DNA from: Podarcis pityusensis
Taxonomy: Eukaryota
Assembly: GCA_964106645.2 (NCBI GenBank)
Contig: OZ067053.1
Reading direction: 5' to 3' (one strand)
DNA: 64,000 nucleotides
Shown here: piece by piece, positions 53,895-64,000 of the stretch
Numbering within the stretch: position 1 is the first letter of the stretch
How the letters are laid out: every line of letters starts with the position of its first letter
Program-made: the position numbers and the translations under genes
Notes under the pieces: model-generated
Databases searched by the model: none
What the model was told of the DNA's origin: nothing
Seen by the model: only the letters and a program-made list of their open reading frames with translations

Positions 53895-54083
53895 GTGGCG
53901 TCCGAATGGTATATCCTTCAGCTTTCGTTCTTATCTCGCAAAATGATATTCCTGTGTCACAGAACACTTCCACGCTAGGAGCCCACAACAGCATGACACA
54001 GCAGGGAGCTGGCAACGTGAAAGATCCCAGCAGTTGTGGAATGTTACTCACACCACCCACCTCTCCAGAGCAGACTGTCATAG
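53895..54083 (+). CDS. MED13L: MED13L coding exon (exon 7 equivalent), 189 nt; contains the LTPPTSP phosphodegron
   Basis: Acceptor ttaacag|GTGGC, donor ATAG|gtaagc. Translates [23 protein letters not shown]...[16 protein letters not shown](G), within ORF 53804..54202. Confidence 0.96.
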
Positions 54084-54896
54084 GTAAGCGAGGAAGCCAC
54101 CTTACAGTTCTTTTAAAACCTTTATGTGTATTCTGCCTGTCTAGAAGAAGAACTGAAGCTCCTTGCCGATGTCAGTGGTCGTTCTGGCAGTCTTCACCTT
54201 AATAAAGACCAGGCTCTCCTCAGAAGTATTCTTCCTGCCCACATCAGATCCAGGATTCATAGCAGGTGACAGGGCCCAGACCAGGACAGCAGGGCAGCAC
54301 CTGCCACACAGTTTTTCCCTTGTACACCTTGACTAGATGGCAGCTGGATTCCTCGTAGGAGGGTGCTGGATAGAGGTACCCTGCTTCCTTGCCAATATCA
54401 GTGCTGGTTCTGGCTGTCTTGCCCTCCTTGGAAACTCTCTCTCCCTGCCCCAGCCGAGTCACTTTCAGGAGCAGAGCAGGAGGCAGTGCCCTGGCTAGGA
54501 GGACAGCACAGCTCCTACCACACAGTTCTTTCCCTGAGACAGCTCGTGCTCAGTTCATATAAAAAGTGATTTAAAGTGGAGGGAGAGCTTGTTGGATCTT
54601 TCCTCTGTCTGCTATGTTTTGTGTTCATCCCCTCTTGCTATCTGTATTTCCCCTGGTGGGACTTTCTTCTAGCCCTTGGGGCAAACTAGATGTGACACAT
54701 CAACAGTAGTTGCAATGAACACATCTCATTTTTAAATTTTAAACAGCTGTAGAGACGCCAACCAAGTTTGGGACCACCAGTGAACAGAAACATCACTTAT
54801 AGTGTGAATAGCAGACTTTGGCGGGGGGCTGTCATTGGGACTGGGGTGGGAGGAGGTTTTCTAACACTATCAACACCACTGCACTCCTAGTACTGA

Positions 54897-55086
54897 GGAA
54901 TACTATAGCTCAGTGATGGAGAATATACTTTGCATGCAAAAGGTTCTGGTGTCAGCCCCTGGTATATCCAGGTTGTGATAGAAAAGACCCTCATCTGAAA
55001 CTGGGAGAACTGGGCCTGTCCATGTAGATAATGTGAAACTAGATGGAGCAAAGGCTTGATTAAGTGTAAGGGGAAATTGCTTAGGT
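54897..55086 (+). mobile_element. tRNA-derived SINE (Squam3-like)
   Basis: ctatagctcagtgatggagaat..tttgcatgcaaaagg...tgtagataatgtgaaactagatgga. Confidence 0.7.
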
Positions 55087-56046
55087 GGACAAGGTGCAAG
55101 TCAAATGTAGCAAGCAGTAGAAGAATTTAGCACCTTGTTCCTGTATCTACTTTAAGTTTCCTCCCCTCCCTTAATCAGAGTTTGGCACTGACTTGCATTT
55201 GAATACATAGGTCTGTTACTACCATGCATAGTTACACCTTCAGTAAAATTAATATTTTCAAAACACATGCTTCTTAATGCATAGTGATGGAGCAAAATTT
55301 TGAGGAGCGCTATAAAATCTGAGCTCTGCAGCTTTCAGGAAACAGAAAGAGTTCCAGTCAGAGTCATAAAAATGTTGTCTTTATGTGTTAGTGAAACCTC
55401 AATCTAATATCCTCTGCTGTTCCTTGGTGGTTGTTAAAGTGGTGTGTCTCTTTTAAATCAATGAAAGTACTTAACTTACTTTGGGTAAAGGCAAGGCATG
55501 TCCTTCAGCACTACACAGGTATATCCGGTTGTAATAATTTCCTTTCCTGCATGGCTGCCAATGTCCAAGGACATAAGCTGGTTCTAGCATTGGGCACACA
55601 CTGTAGGCAGATCTGCTTTGTGTTGATGCAATTAATTATAGCGAGTACTACTCTTCTCCCTGAAAAAGCTATGTGAGAAGGCTTTAAGAAAGAACAACTT
55701 TAGCAATTAATTATATTACGGATGCTGTTGGACTATAACTGCCAACGCTTCTCTCTCTGGGGGTGGGGTGGGGGTGGCAACATATGGCGTACCACCACCC
55801 TGTACATGCCTCATGATATAGCTAGTATATATATAGGACTTGGGGGAAGCGATAGGGATAACAGACAAAAGCCAACCCTTAAGAAAGACTCAGTCAAACA
55901 AACTGCACCAAGAATAGATCAAAAGGGCTAAATGGATGGGACTTTTGAGAAGGAATGAGAGGTAGATACAAGAAAACAAGAGAAAGAAACTGATTTTAGA
56001 ATATAAGCAAAAAGCTTTCAACTCCATCACAAATAACTATTTAGAT

Positions 56047-56603
56047 CGGGGTGGTCCAACCTCTCACGCCAAGTGAACTGCAAGAGCATTTCAACACACA
56101 GCCCACGGGCCACACTCTGAACGATATTTCCACATCGTAAATTAAAGTGTTTGTAATATATTCAATATTTTTTAAAATAAACACAATATATTTAATGAAA
56201 TATATATAGTTAAATACACAATAGATTTAATATATTTAGTAAGCAAACTCAAGGGGAAAGCACAGGAGAGAACAGTGTTCAAATCCTGGCTTGCGGGTTT
56301 CCCATTGAGAACAGGATACCGGAGTAGATTGGACAGGCTCTTCTTGTCATGGAGCATAGAAGCATAGAATTGTAGAGATGGAAGGGACCATGAGGGTCAT
56401 ATAGTCCACCTCCCCGAAAGCTGGGAAAGGAGGTGGAAGGATTCTAGGACCATTCCATAACCCTCATGCCTCCTTCCTGAAGCCGGGTCACACTGCCATC
56501 ATTGCTGCATCAGGAGCCACTTCCATTCCCTGCTCTTCCAGGGGCCACCTAAAAGGCCTCGAGGGCCACATGTGGCTCACAGGCTGCATGTTGGACCACC
56601 CTG
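56047..56603. mobile_element. hAT-like non-autonomous element containing a CR1 tail fragment (56352-56420)
   Basis: 14-bp TIRs cggggtggtccaac and gttggaccaccctg (13/14). Interior carries catagaagcatagaattgtagagatggaagggacc. Confidence 0.75.
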
Positions 56604-56873
56604 CTGTAGTTGTTACTGCACAGAAGAGACAGAACGAGCAGAGAGCGATGAATAGAGGAAAGCATCCTGTCTCCAAAGCACTGTGGTTGAAGATCTTTGG
56701 TAAAATCATTTCCTCTTATTGGAAGCTAGACCTGTCAGTCACAAAAGAGCTCTCCCTCTCCCCACCTTGGTGTTTTCCTTATATGGGAAGCTTGAGGAGA
56801 AAGGTTTCACTTCTGGCAGACACACTGTCTGCACTGTTGTTTTTTTCCATTGTCAGAATTGCTTCAGAGGTCC

Positions 56874-56876
<3 letters not shown>

Positions 56877-56937
<61 letters not shown>

Positions 56938-56942
56938 TGTGT
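56877..56942. repeat. Compound (CT)n(GT)n microsatellite
   Basis: Read directly. Confidence 0.92.
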
Positions 56943-58552
56943 TTGGAGAGGGCTTTCAGAATCAAACTCAATTTGGCTCACGTCTTAGGATTTGTCTAAA
57001 TTTCTAGGCACACTCCTACTGATGCCTTTGAGAATGTGGCCGTCAATGAATGCAGCGCATCAGGTCTATGAAAATCCCAGAAATGTGTTGCTAGCTGGTG
57101 CCTGTTTCTTCATTCTTGTGCAGGATAGTGTTTGCATGCCGCCACCCAGGACTTGGATCCTGTGAAGGCTTGCATCATTGTGGCATTATTGAAAGCATCA
57201 CAACTGCACGCAGATGCTTGCTCCACATGTCAGCCAGCATTTGCAGATCAGAAACATAGACTTGGGATGGGGAAGTGTCCCTTGAGAGACCTTGGCTGCT
57301 GACAGCAACGCAGTAAGAACCAAGTGAGAGAGCAGGATGCCATTGGACAACCTAGTTTGCAAACACTTGTAGCCGCTGGAAAGAACAGCAAACACAAAAC
57401 CCTGGCACAGACGTCCTTTTACAGCAGGGGCAGGCGTGGTTGCCTTTTCGCCTTCTGATGTAGCAGTGCTTTGGCTGCTTTCAGTCTTTTATTCATAAGG
57501 CTTTTTCTGGCCATGCCAGACATAAGAACAAGGAGTTCTGTAAACATGTTTGACCTTGTTGAGGATTTGTACTATTACCTCCTTTTTCAGTTCAAGCACA
57601 TAGTGTGTGACATGCAGTTAGGAAGGCTAAGCAAGCTCAAAGCTCCCTCTGCTGTTCCAGTTCATGCTTAGAGTGCTGCCGCTCATCCAATTGGTCTAAA
57701 GATATCATTCATAACAGAGAACAGAAGCCATTGCTGGTGCCATTCATAAGCAGCTTTACTGCCTTGGCAGGGGCGTGGGGGGAGGACACATTGCCAGTCC
57801 CGAATGACTGTGCATGGCATCAGCTCAACCTCTGCAGTAATTTCAAAATGAACTTGATTCAGATTAAAGATCAAACTGTGTTTTGCCATTATATGAGCAA
57901 GCCTTGGATTTCCACGTTTCTTCCTCCCTTTATGCCCTCTCTGGCTTCCTTGTTTTGCAACTGGAAAAGCAATCAAACATGATTCCAAATTCTGGGTTGC
58001 AAACATATCACAGTTTCCCCACTTCAAGTGTAACAGCAAGCTCTGTCACTATTAAAGGAACTGCATTAAGGAACTGGAGTTCACAAAGCAGTTATAGGAG
58101 CTCTGAGGCCTTTTCATGTAACACTAAATCATAGTTTGGTGTTGGTGTCCAAACCAATCCATAGTCTGATAATAAATGTGGCAGCTGGTAATAAATGTAA
58201 GGTTTAAGATGTCACCCAAATGAAAGGCTGGTTTTGGACATAATATTTGACCCATATCTCCCCCCCCCCCATGCACTGACTTTAACATGGATATTCTTGT
58301 TTGGTTAAGCCAGAATTCACCATATTAGGCATGATGGGGAACTCTGGTCCAAACAAACCAAGATCTCCATGCCAGAGCTGGTGTTATGAGTTGAAGAAGT
58401 TGGAGCAAAGTGTATGTGAGCCTGACTCATTTATGGTTTATGAAGCCAATGAAGTTATATCTGATCTGGCTTGAATTTTCACTCTAATCCTACATTTTTT
58501 GGCCCCCAAAGAACATCATTTCCAGGAATTAACTCTAGTACCTTTTGCTATA

Positions 58553-58741
58553 CAGTGGTGCCATTCACACCCTGAAAAATCCGCAACTAGCGCGGCGCTT
58601 CTGCGCAAGCGTGGAGTGCGATAGAGCGCTTTTGCGCACGTATGCATGCACGGCAAAACTGGAAGTATACACTTCTGGGTTTGCTGTGTTCGCAAGCCGA
58701 AAAGACGCAACATGAACCTAATGCAACATGAGGTATGACTG
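58553..58741. mobile_element. Tc1/mariner (Tigger-like) MITE, TA TSD, 30 nt upstream of exon 8
   Basis: TA|cagtggtgcc ... gaggtatgactg|TA. Reverse complement aligns with 10443-10627 (cagtcatacctcatgttgcattaggttcatgttgcgtcttttcggcttgc). Confidence 0.88.
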
Positions 58742-58771
58742 TATCCTATGTTGTTGTTGTTTATCTTGCAG

Positions 58772-58934
58772 GTGAAAGTGGAGGCATTCCAAGCACAGTC
58801 AGCCATTCAGCAGCACCAGACGGTATGGTCACTGTGCAAAGTCCAAAGAAATCAGGGAAGATTCCTCCAAAATTCCAGAATCGTATGGTCCACCGAGTTT
58901 GGAAGGAATGTATCCTCAACAGGACACAGTCCAA
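58772..58934 (+). CDS. MED13L: MED13L coding exon (exon 8 equivalent), 163 nt
   Basis: Acceptor tcttgcag|GTGAA, donor CCAA|gtaaga. Translates [54 protein letters not shown](K). Confidence 0.95.
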
Positions 58935-59904
58935 GTAAGATAATAATCACACGTGTTTTCCTCTGTTTCGACTTGCAGTTGGCATCCAGTTCTAACAGTT
59001 ATCAGGGTTGTGTTTTTTCCCTCCCATAGATGACATTCTCCTCATTTGCATTTTAATATGCCATGTAGAAGCATTGTCTGTCTTCTTGTTGTGAAGGTTA
59101 GTGGCTGGCTCAGTAGCGGAGCTGAGTCAAAATAACCTGTGCTGGTGGAGGGCTTGCACAGAGTGTAGGAAGAAAGTCTGTCTAGGTTTTAGTCAGATAA
59201 GCTCAGGGATTGCACAGCTCTCTTCCCTTGAAGGTTCAGGAGATTCCTCATGTTGTGTCATGTGTAAAGAACATGGCATCATAAACTGTGGCTTTAACCC
59301 TGAGTTGAAACCTGAGTTACTACAAAAGAACTGTGAGTCAAACAAAATTTAAGAACATCCCTATCTGGAAGTGTGGGAGATTGAATCTGCGTCCTTCTGC
59401 ATGCAAAGGACATATTCTGTCAGTGAACTATGTATGGTCCTCTACCCTAAGGAAGAGCTCTTGCCTCAGCCATATATATATATAAAAGAAAAATGGGGAT
59501 GTGTGCTTTATTAAGGTGCAATAATAATTATAGGGGAAATGGAACATGGCTTGCTTTTAATTTATTTCCATTTAATAATTTATTAATCTTAAATAAGGCA
59601 TCCAGTTACTGATTGACTTTGTAGAATGAAGGATGGAGCTCTGTACTACTTTGGCAGCTTCATGTTACAACCCAGAGTTAAGGTTATTGTGTAGTTCAGA
59701 AAATGGGCCAGTGGAGGCTTGTCACAACCACTGCTGGGTATCTTCTGAGAGAAAGCTGCTACTTGACACTTAAAGGTATCTGTGTATGGTTGCTTTCAAC
59801 ACTTAGTCCTTTAAGGTTTTCGCTATGTATTTCTAAAGGTTTTGGATTCCTAGTTTTAATTTCTGTACTTCCCACTTTGGTTGTTTTGACATATATGTTT
59901 GGTT

Positions 59905-60699
59905 TGGGTCCTAGCTTCTGGAGCAGGAGAAAACAAGCTTGTTCCATCTTTCATGTGACAGCCCTTTCAATATTTGAAAATGGCTATCATCTCTTCTCTC
60001 AGTCTCCACATTTCCAGGCTAAACATACCCAGTTCCCTCAACTCTTCCTCATAAGCCTTGATTTCCATTTTGGTCTCCCACCTCTGCACACGTTCTGGCT
60101 TGTCAATGTCCTTTTTAAATTGTGGTGTCCAGAATTGGACACAGTATTCCAGGTGTGGTCTGACCAAGGCAGAATATAGTGGTACTATTACTTCCCATGA
60201 TCTGGAAGCTATACTTCTATTGATGTAGCCTAGAATGGCATTAGCTTTTTTTGCTGCTGCATCACACTGTTGACTCATGTTCAGCTTGTGGTCCACTAAC
60301 ATCCCTAGATCCTTTTCACATGTACTGCTAGTAAAGCAGATGTCCACCATTTTACATTTGTGCACCTGGTTCTTCCTGCCTTAGTGCAGACACTGGCGGA
60401 GGAAGAGGAGTGCGGGGGGGGGGAGTGCATCGCCCCAGGCAGCGTGATCCCGGTGCGGTGCCATCGCGGCTGCCCCCTCACCTGTGCTGGGTGCCCCGCC
60501 CCTACCCCCGCCTGAGTGCAAAACCTTACATTTGTCCCTGTTGAAATTCATTTTGTTAGTTGGGGCCCAGGTCTCCAATCTGTTAAGGTCATCTTGACCA
60601 CCCCTCCCAGTTTGGTGTTATCTGCAAATTTGATGAGCATCCCCTCAGTGCCTTCATCCAAATTGTTTATAAAGATGATGAACAACAAAGGGCCCAGGA
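59905..60699 (-). mobile_element. CR1 LINE ORF2 (RT) fragment in intron 8
   Basis: Minus strand: [92 protein letters not shown]. Confidence 0.93.
60391..60514. mobile_element. GC/CpG-rich 124-bp insertion (hAT-like) nested in CR1
   Basis: Begins cactggcgg, ends ccgcctg. Flanked by agtgcaga/agtgcaaa (8-bp TSD, 7/8). CR1 sequence is continuous when it is removed. Confidence 0.65.
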
Positions 60700-60839
60700 T
60701 TTGTGCCCAGTTGTAGTTGCTGCAAGATTCTCTAATGATCCCAGCATTCTTTTTCTGTAGCTTATAAGATCACAAATTGAATTCTGCTACCGTGGTGACT
60801 GCTGACTTATTTCTAAATAATTATTTCTTTGGGTATCAG

Positions 60840-60944
60840 GAGGAGTCAAATTACTGCTACTAACGTGGAGGAAGAGGCCCCCAGAAGCTGTGTTACTTGG
60901 GATTTTGTTGATCCAGTCCAAAGAGTGTGCTGTTCTTGCTCCAG
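60840..60944 (+). CDS. MED13L: MED13L coding exon (exon 9 equivalent), 105 nt
   Basis: Branch-like CTGAC at 60802-60806, acceptor tatcag|GAGG, donor CCAG|gtcagt. Translates (K)RSQITATNVEEEAPRSCVTWDFVDPVQRVCCSCS(R). Confidence 0.94.
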
Positions 60945-62055
60945 GTCAGTGCATAAGAGAATAATTCTCAAGATGATTAGGGGTGGTTTCTGTCATGAAT
61001 ACCTGTTTGTGTGTGTGTGTGTGTGGGGGGCTCTCTGTTTAAAGGTTGTGCCAGACAAGCACATGCTTAGCTTCTGCTTAACAAAATTGTGGGATCACCC
61101 CAAAAGCCATTCAGTCTGCTAAGTGCCTGTATCCAGAGCTGGCAGTTTCATTGGATTTGGCAAGGCATTCCTGTTTTGGCTTCCTAAGGCCAGGGTCAAA
61201 TCTTACATTGTAGCACCAGGTTTTAAAGGATGGGACTTATTAACTCTTTATTGTATGATGCCTGAGCTGCTTTCTTCCTGGTCAGTCATACCAATCTTTA
61301 TAATCAGGGTGTGTACCTACCCCTTCAAACTGTTGGTTTATTACAAAAGTTGCTTGTTCTCTCTAGCGCCTTATAATCTGTCATAAAAGCAGCCACATAG
61401 AGTCAGTTTGCTTAAGGCGCCAATGATGGGGCTTCTTAGGTCCATGCCTCTGTAGGTTAGACATATTGGTCAACATTATGGCTTAAACATATGGCAGGGC
61501 AGAGGTTGCAGCAAGGTATGCTTGGTAGACGGGACAGATGGCCACAGTCCTGCTGCCTCACAGCACATAGTTGGAGTTTTGCATGAACTTGCATGAGGTT
61601 TCTCACCCTCTCTAGAGACAACCACCCCTTTCTCTACCCGTAAAACTGACGACAGATTTGGCTTGGTGTGGAGGGCCGATCTTGAGTCTCCATGATGAAT
61701 GACTGTGTAGAAGAAGTCTTCATTATAAGGAGATGAGGAAACAAGCAAGTGAATATATATTTTTGTCCCCCTCCAGAACAAATTCATAGGATTATCCAGA
61801 AAATGCTTTACACATGATTTGAGTATTTCATGACGAGTGGTTTTATCTAGCTGTCAGGGGAGTTCATGTGAAAGTCAAGGTAGTGACAGGTTCGAAACAG
61901 ATGAATCACCAAAATAACTTGCTACTGTTGCAAAGCCACTTACAAATGAGATGGAGGAGAAATCTAGATGCATCAGCATACAAACTTAACACTTCACCCT
62001 CTTTACTCTTCTTTACAGTCCACTTGGTAAATTCTTCTTGCTGTTTCTCTTCCAG

Positions 62056-62781
62056 GCATAAGCTTCTCAAGCAGCGCTGTGCTGTGGGTTCCAGTCGTCC
62101 ACCAACGATATCACAACCAGGGTTTGGCGCAGGATCCTCATCCTCTTCTGCCTTGCCACCTCCTGCCTCTAAGCACAAAACCACAGAGAGGCAGGAGAAG
62201 TCGGAAAAACTCCAAAAAAGATCGCTGCTGCCATTTCACCATCGTCCGTCTGTCACTGAAGAGCTGTGTATGGAACAGGACCCTTCGGGACAAAAGCTGG
62301 CCTTGGCCGGTATGGAGCCCTCTTTGGAAGCCCCTAGCAACAGGAAATATGAAAAACAGCTCACTCTTCCACCCAGGCACCCAAGCAAACAAACGAATTT
62401 GAATCCTATGGATTCCCCCCATTCCCCAACATCCCCTCTGCCTCCCACACTTAGCCCCCAGCCAAGGGGGCAGGAAGCAGACAGTTTGGACCCTCCATCT
62501 GTTCCTGTAAATCCAGCCCTCTACAGCAATGGATTAGAGCTCCAGCCTATGGCCAGCGCAGAGGAAAGGACAGTCCTCTTGGGCCAGAGGCTTCCTCTGA
62601 TGGCAGAAGTCAGCGAGACAGCTTTATATTGTGGGGTTATACATAACCAAGAGTCATCAAATAAATGGCAGGGATATGTTCTTCCTTCAACTGGGGATCC
62701 AGACTTCAGCCCGCCAGAACTCCAGTGTGAGAGATACGACACCAAAATGGATGTTGCCCCTGAGAGCACTGCACTAAAAAG
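62056..62781 (+). CDS. MED13L: MED13L coding exon (exon 10 equivalent), 726 nt; Ser/Pro-rich disordered region
   Basis: Acceptor ctcttccag|GCATA, donor AAAAG|gtaagg. Translates [11 protein letters not shown]...[27 protein letters not shown]...[18 protein letters not shown]...ESTALK(R), within ORF 61868..62785. Confidence 0.96.
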
Positions 62782-63823
62782 GTAAGGACACTCCCGGAAG
62801 ACTTATTGTCTGTCCCAGGTGTTGCCATTTGAGGTTGCTCCGGGTGTTGGTGGCTAGTGGTCCTTCTATATGTCTTGGATAACAATGCATGTATGTAGTA
62901 CAGGAAAAGACCCAAGCCATGAGCTTTTGGGTCTTAGGTTTTCAGACAAAATGGAGAGTAAAAGCACAGCTTGAAAAAAATGTGAGGTTCAGTGCTGTTT
63001 CCTGTTCTGTGCTGGGCTGAACGAGCGGCAGGCAATAGTTTCATACTGTACAGTGCATTAATGTCTCCCTCTAAAGGCCAATAGGAAATGCCATGTCATA
63101 GTTTTAGAGAGGAAATGCCTTCTGCTTATAACTTTAGAAGAAACTTGATAGGCACTTTTTAAAGTTCATTGACAGGCTTTTATATGGCACCACTCCTGTT
63201 GTGGAATTGCAGTATGTGCTGGTCGAGCTGTATAATTTTTATGCAGAAGTAAAATACCACAAGAGCGCTCCCATGTTTGCGTTAGACCAAATGTTTACAC
63301 ATGGATCACTACTTTTAAAGTGTGCCATATTCACATATATATTTGTGAAACAGTTGAAATCATTAGCCTTAGGTGGTGGGGGAAGGCTGAGTGGAGGTTT
63401 GTTTCTGCCCCCCTCCCCTGCAAGGTTTTGGGAGGGTGCGTTCAATAATGGGAAGAGCAAGTTTCAAGCAGACATAGTTGCTTTTATTGTGGATAACTTG
63501 TGAGATTTGTATATCATTGTCTTGCTATCTGTTTCTGTGCCTTTGTGTATAGAGTCACAGCATACCTCCCCCTGTGATTGCTGCTTCAGTGACTGGGTTC
63601 AAAAGTTGTCCAGTGTAGTCAAAGTAATTCGGTTGCAAATAAGAACATTTTTGTTGAATGTTCAAGGAGGACCACCTTGTTGACCCCTGTAAGAACTGTG
63701 AGACCTTTACCTCTTTGGTGATGTATTGTGACTGCCTGGAAACAAATCTGCGATGGTACCAACGGATATTCAAAGTCAGAAGGTCTGGTACCAGTGTTTT
63801 GTGGCTATAGGTGAAACTAGACA

Positions 63824-64000
63824 GGGACTTGGGTGGCGCTGTGTTCTAAACCACTGAGCTTCTTGGGCCTCGTAAAGTCGGCAGTTCAAATCCGGACAAC
63901 GGGTTGAGCTCCTGTTGCTTTATCCGAGGTCCTGCCAACCTAGCAGTTCGAAAGCATACCAGCGCAAGTACATAAATAGGTACTGCTTGGTGGGAAGGTA
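63824..64000 (+). mobile_element. Sauria SINE 5' part (runs off the window)
   Basis: gggacttgggtggcgctgtgttctaaaccactgagc...aacctagcagttcgaaagc...taaataggtac, homologous to the copy at 50125. Confidence 0.88.

Noticed and set aside
53209-54202. ORFs 53209..53610 and 53804..54202 as separate genes
   Set aside because: They are exons 6 and 7 with intronic read-through on either side.
59967-60365. 132-aa ORF as a functional reverse transcriptase
   Set aside because: Truncated, internally deleted CR1 fragment. The catalytic motif is degraded to FADN and the element is interrupted by an insertion.
61868-62785. 305-aa ORF as a stand-alone gene
   Set aside because: It is MED13L exon 10 plus in-frame intron. 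Homology is bounded exactly by the AG at 62054-62055 and the GT at 62782-62783.

Overview
Vertebrate genomic DNA, most likely from a squamate and probably a lacertid lizard, judged from its Sauria-type and Squam3-type SINEs, CR1, RTE and Penelope remnants. The whole window lies inside the + strand gene MED13L (Mediator kinase-module subunit 13-like). Eight internal coding exons were located with canonical AG/GT boundaries; they correspond to exons 3-10 of the mammalian gene as I recall it. They splice into one uninterrupted frame (85+84+146+192+189+163+105+726 = 1690 nt). Neither the start nor the stop codon is in the window. The remaining ~97% is intron, containing SINEs, LINE fragments, non-autonomous DNA transposons (several nested), microsatellites and a few TF-motif-dense stretches. 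I see no evidence for a new multi-gene system. The observations most worth following up are: a transposon end sitting in the branch-point zone of exon 8; an FBXW7 phosphodegron variant (LLTPPTS); inverted TE pairs flanking exons; a 261-codon antisense ORF in intron 4; Penelope/hammerhead remnants; and a micro-inverted TIR in a nested insertion. Human comparisons and repeat family names are from memory and need database confirmation.
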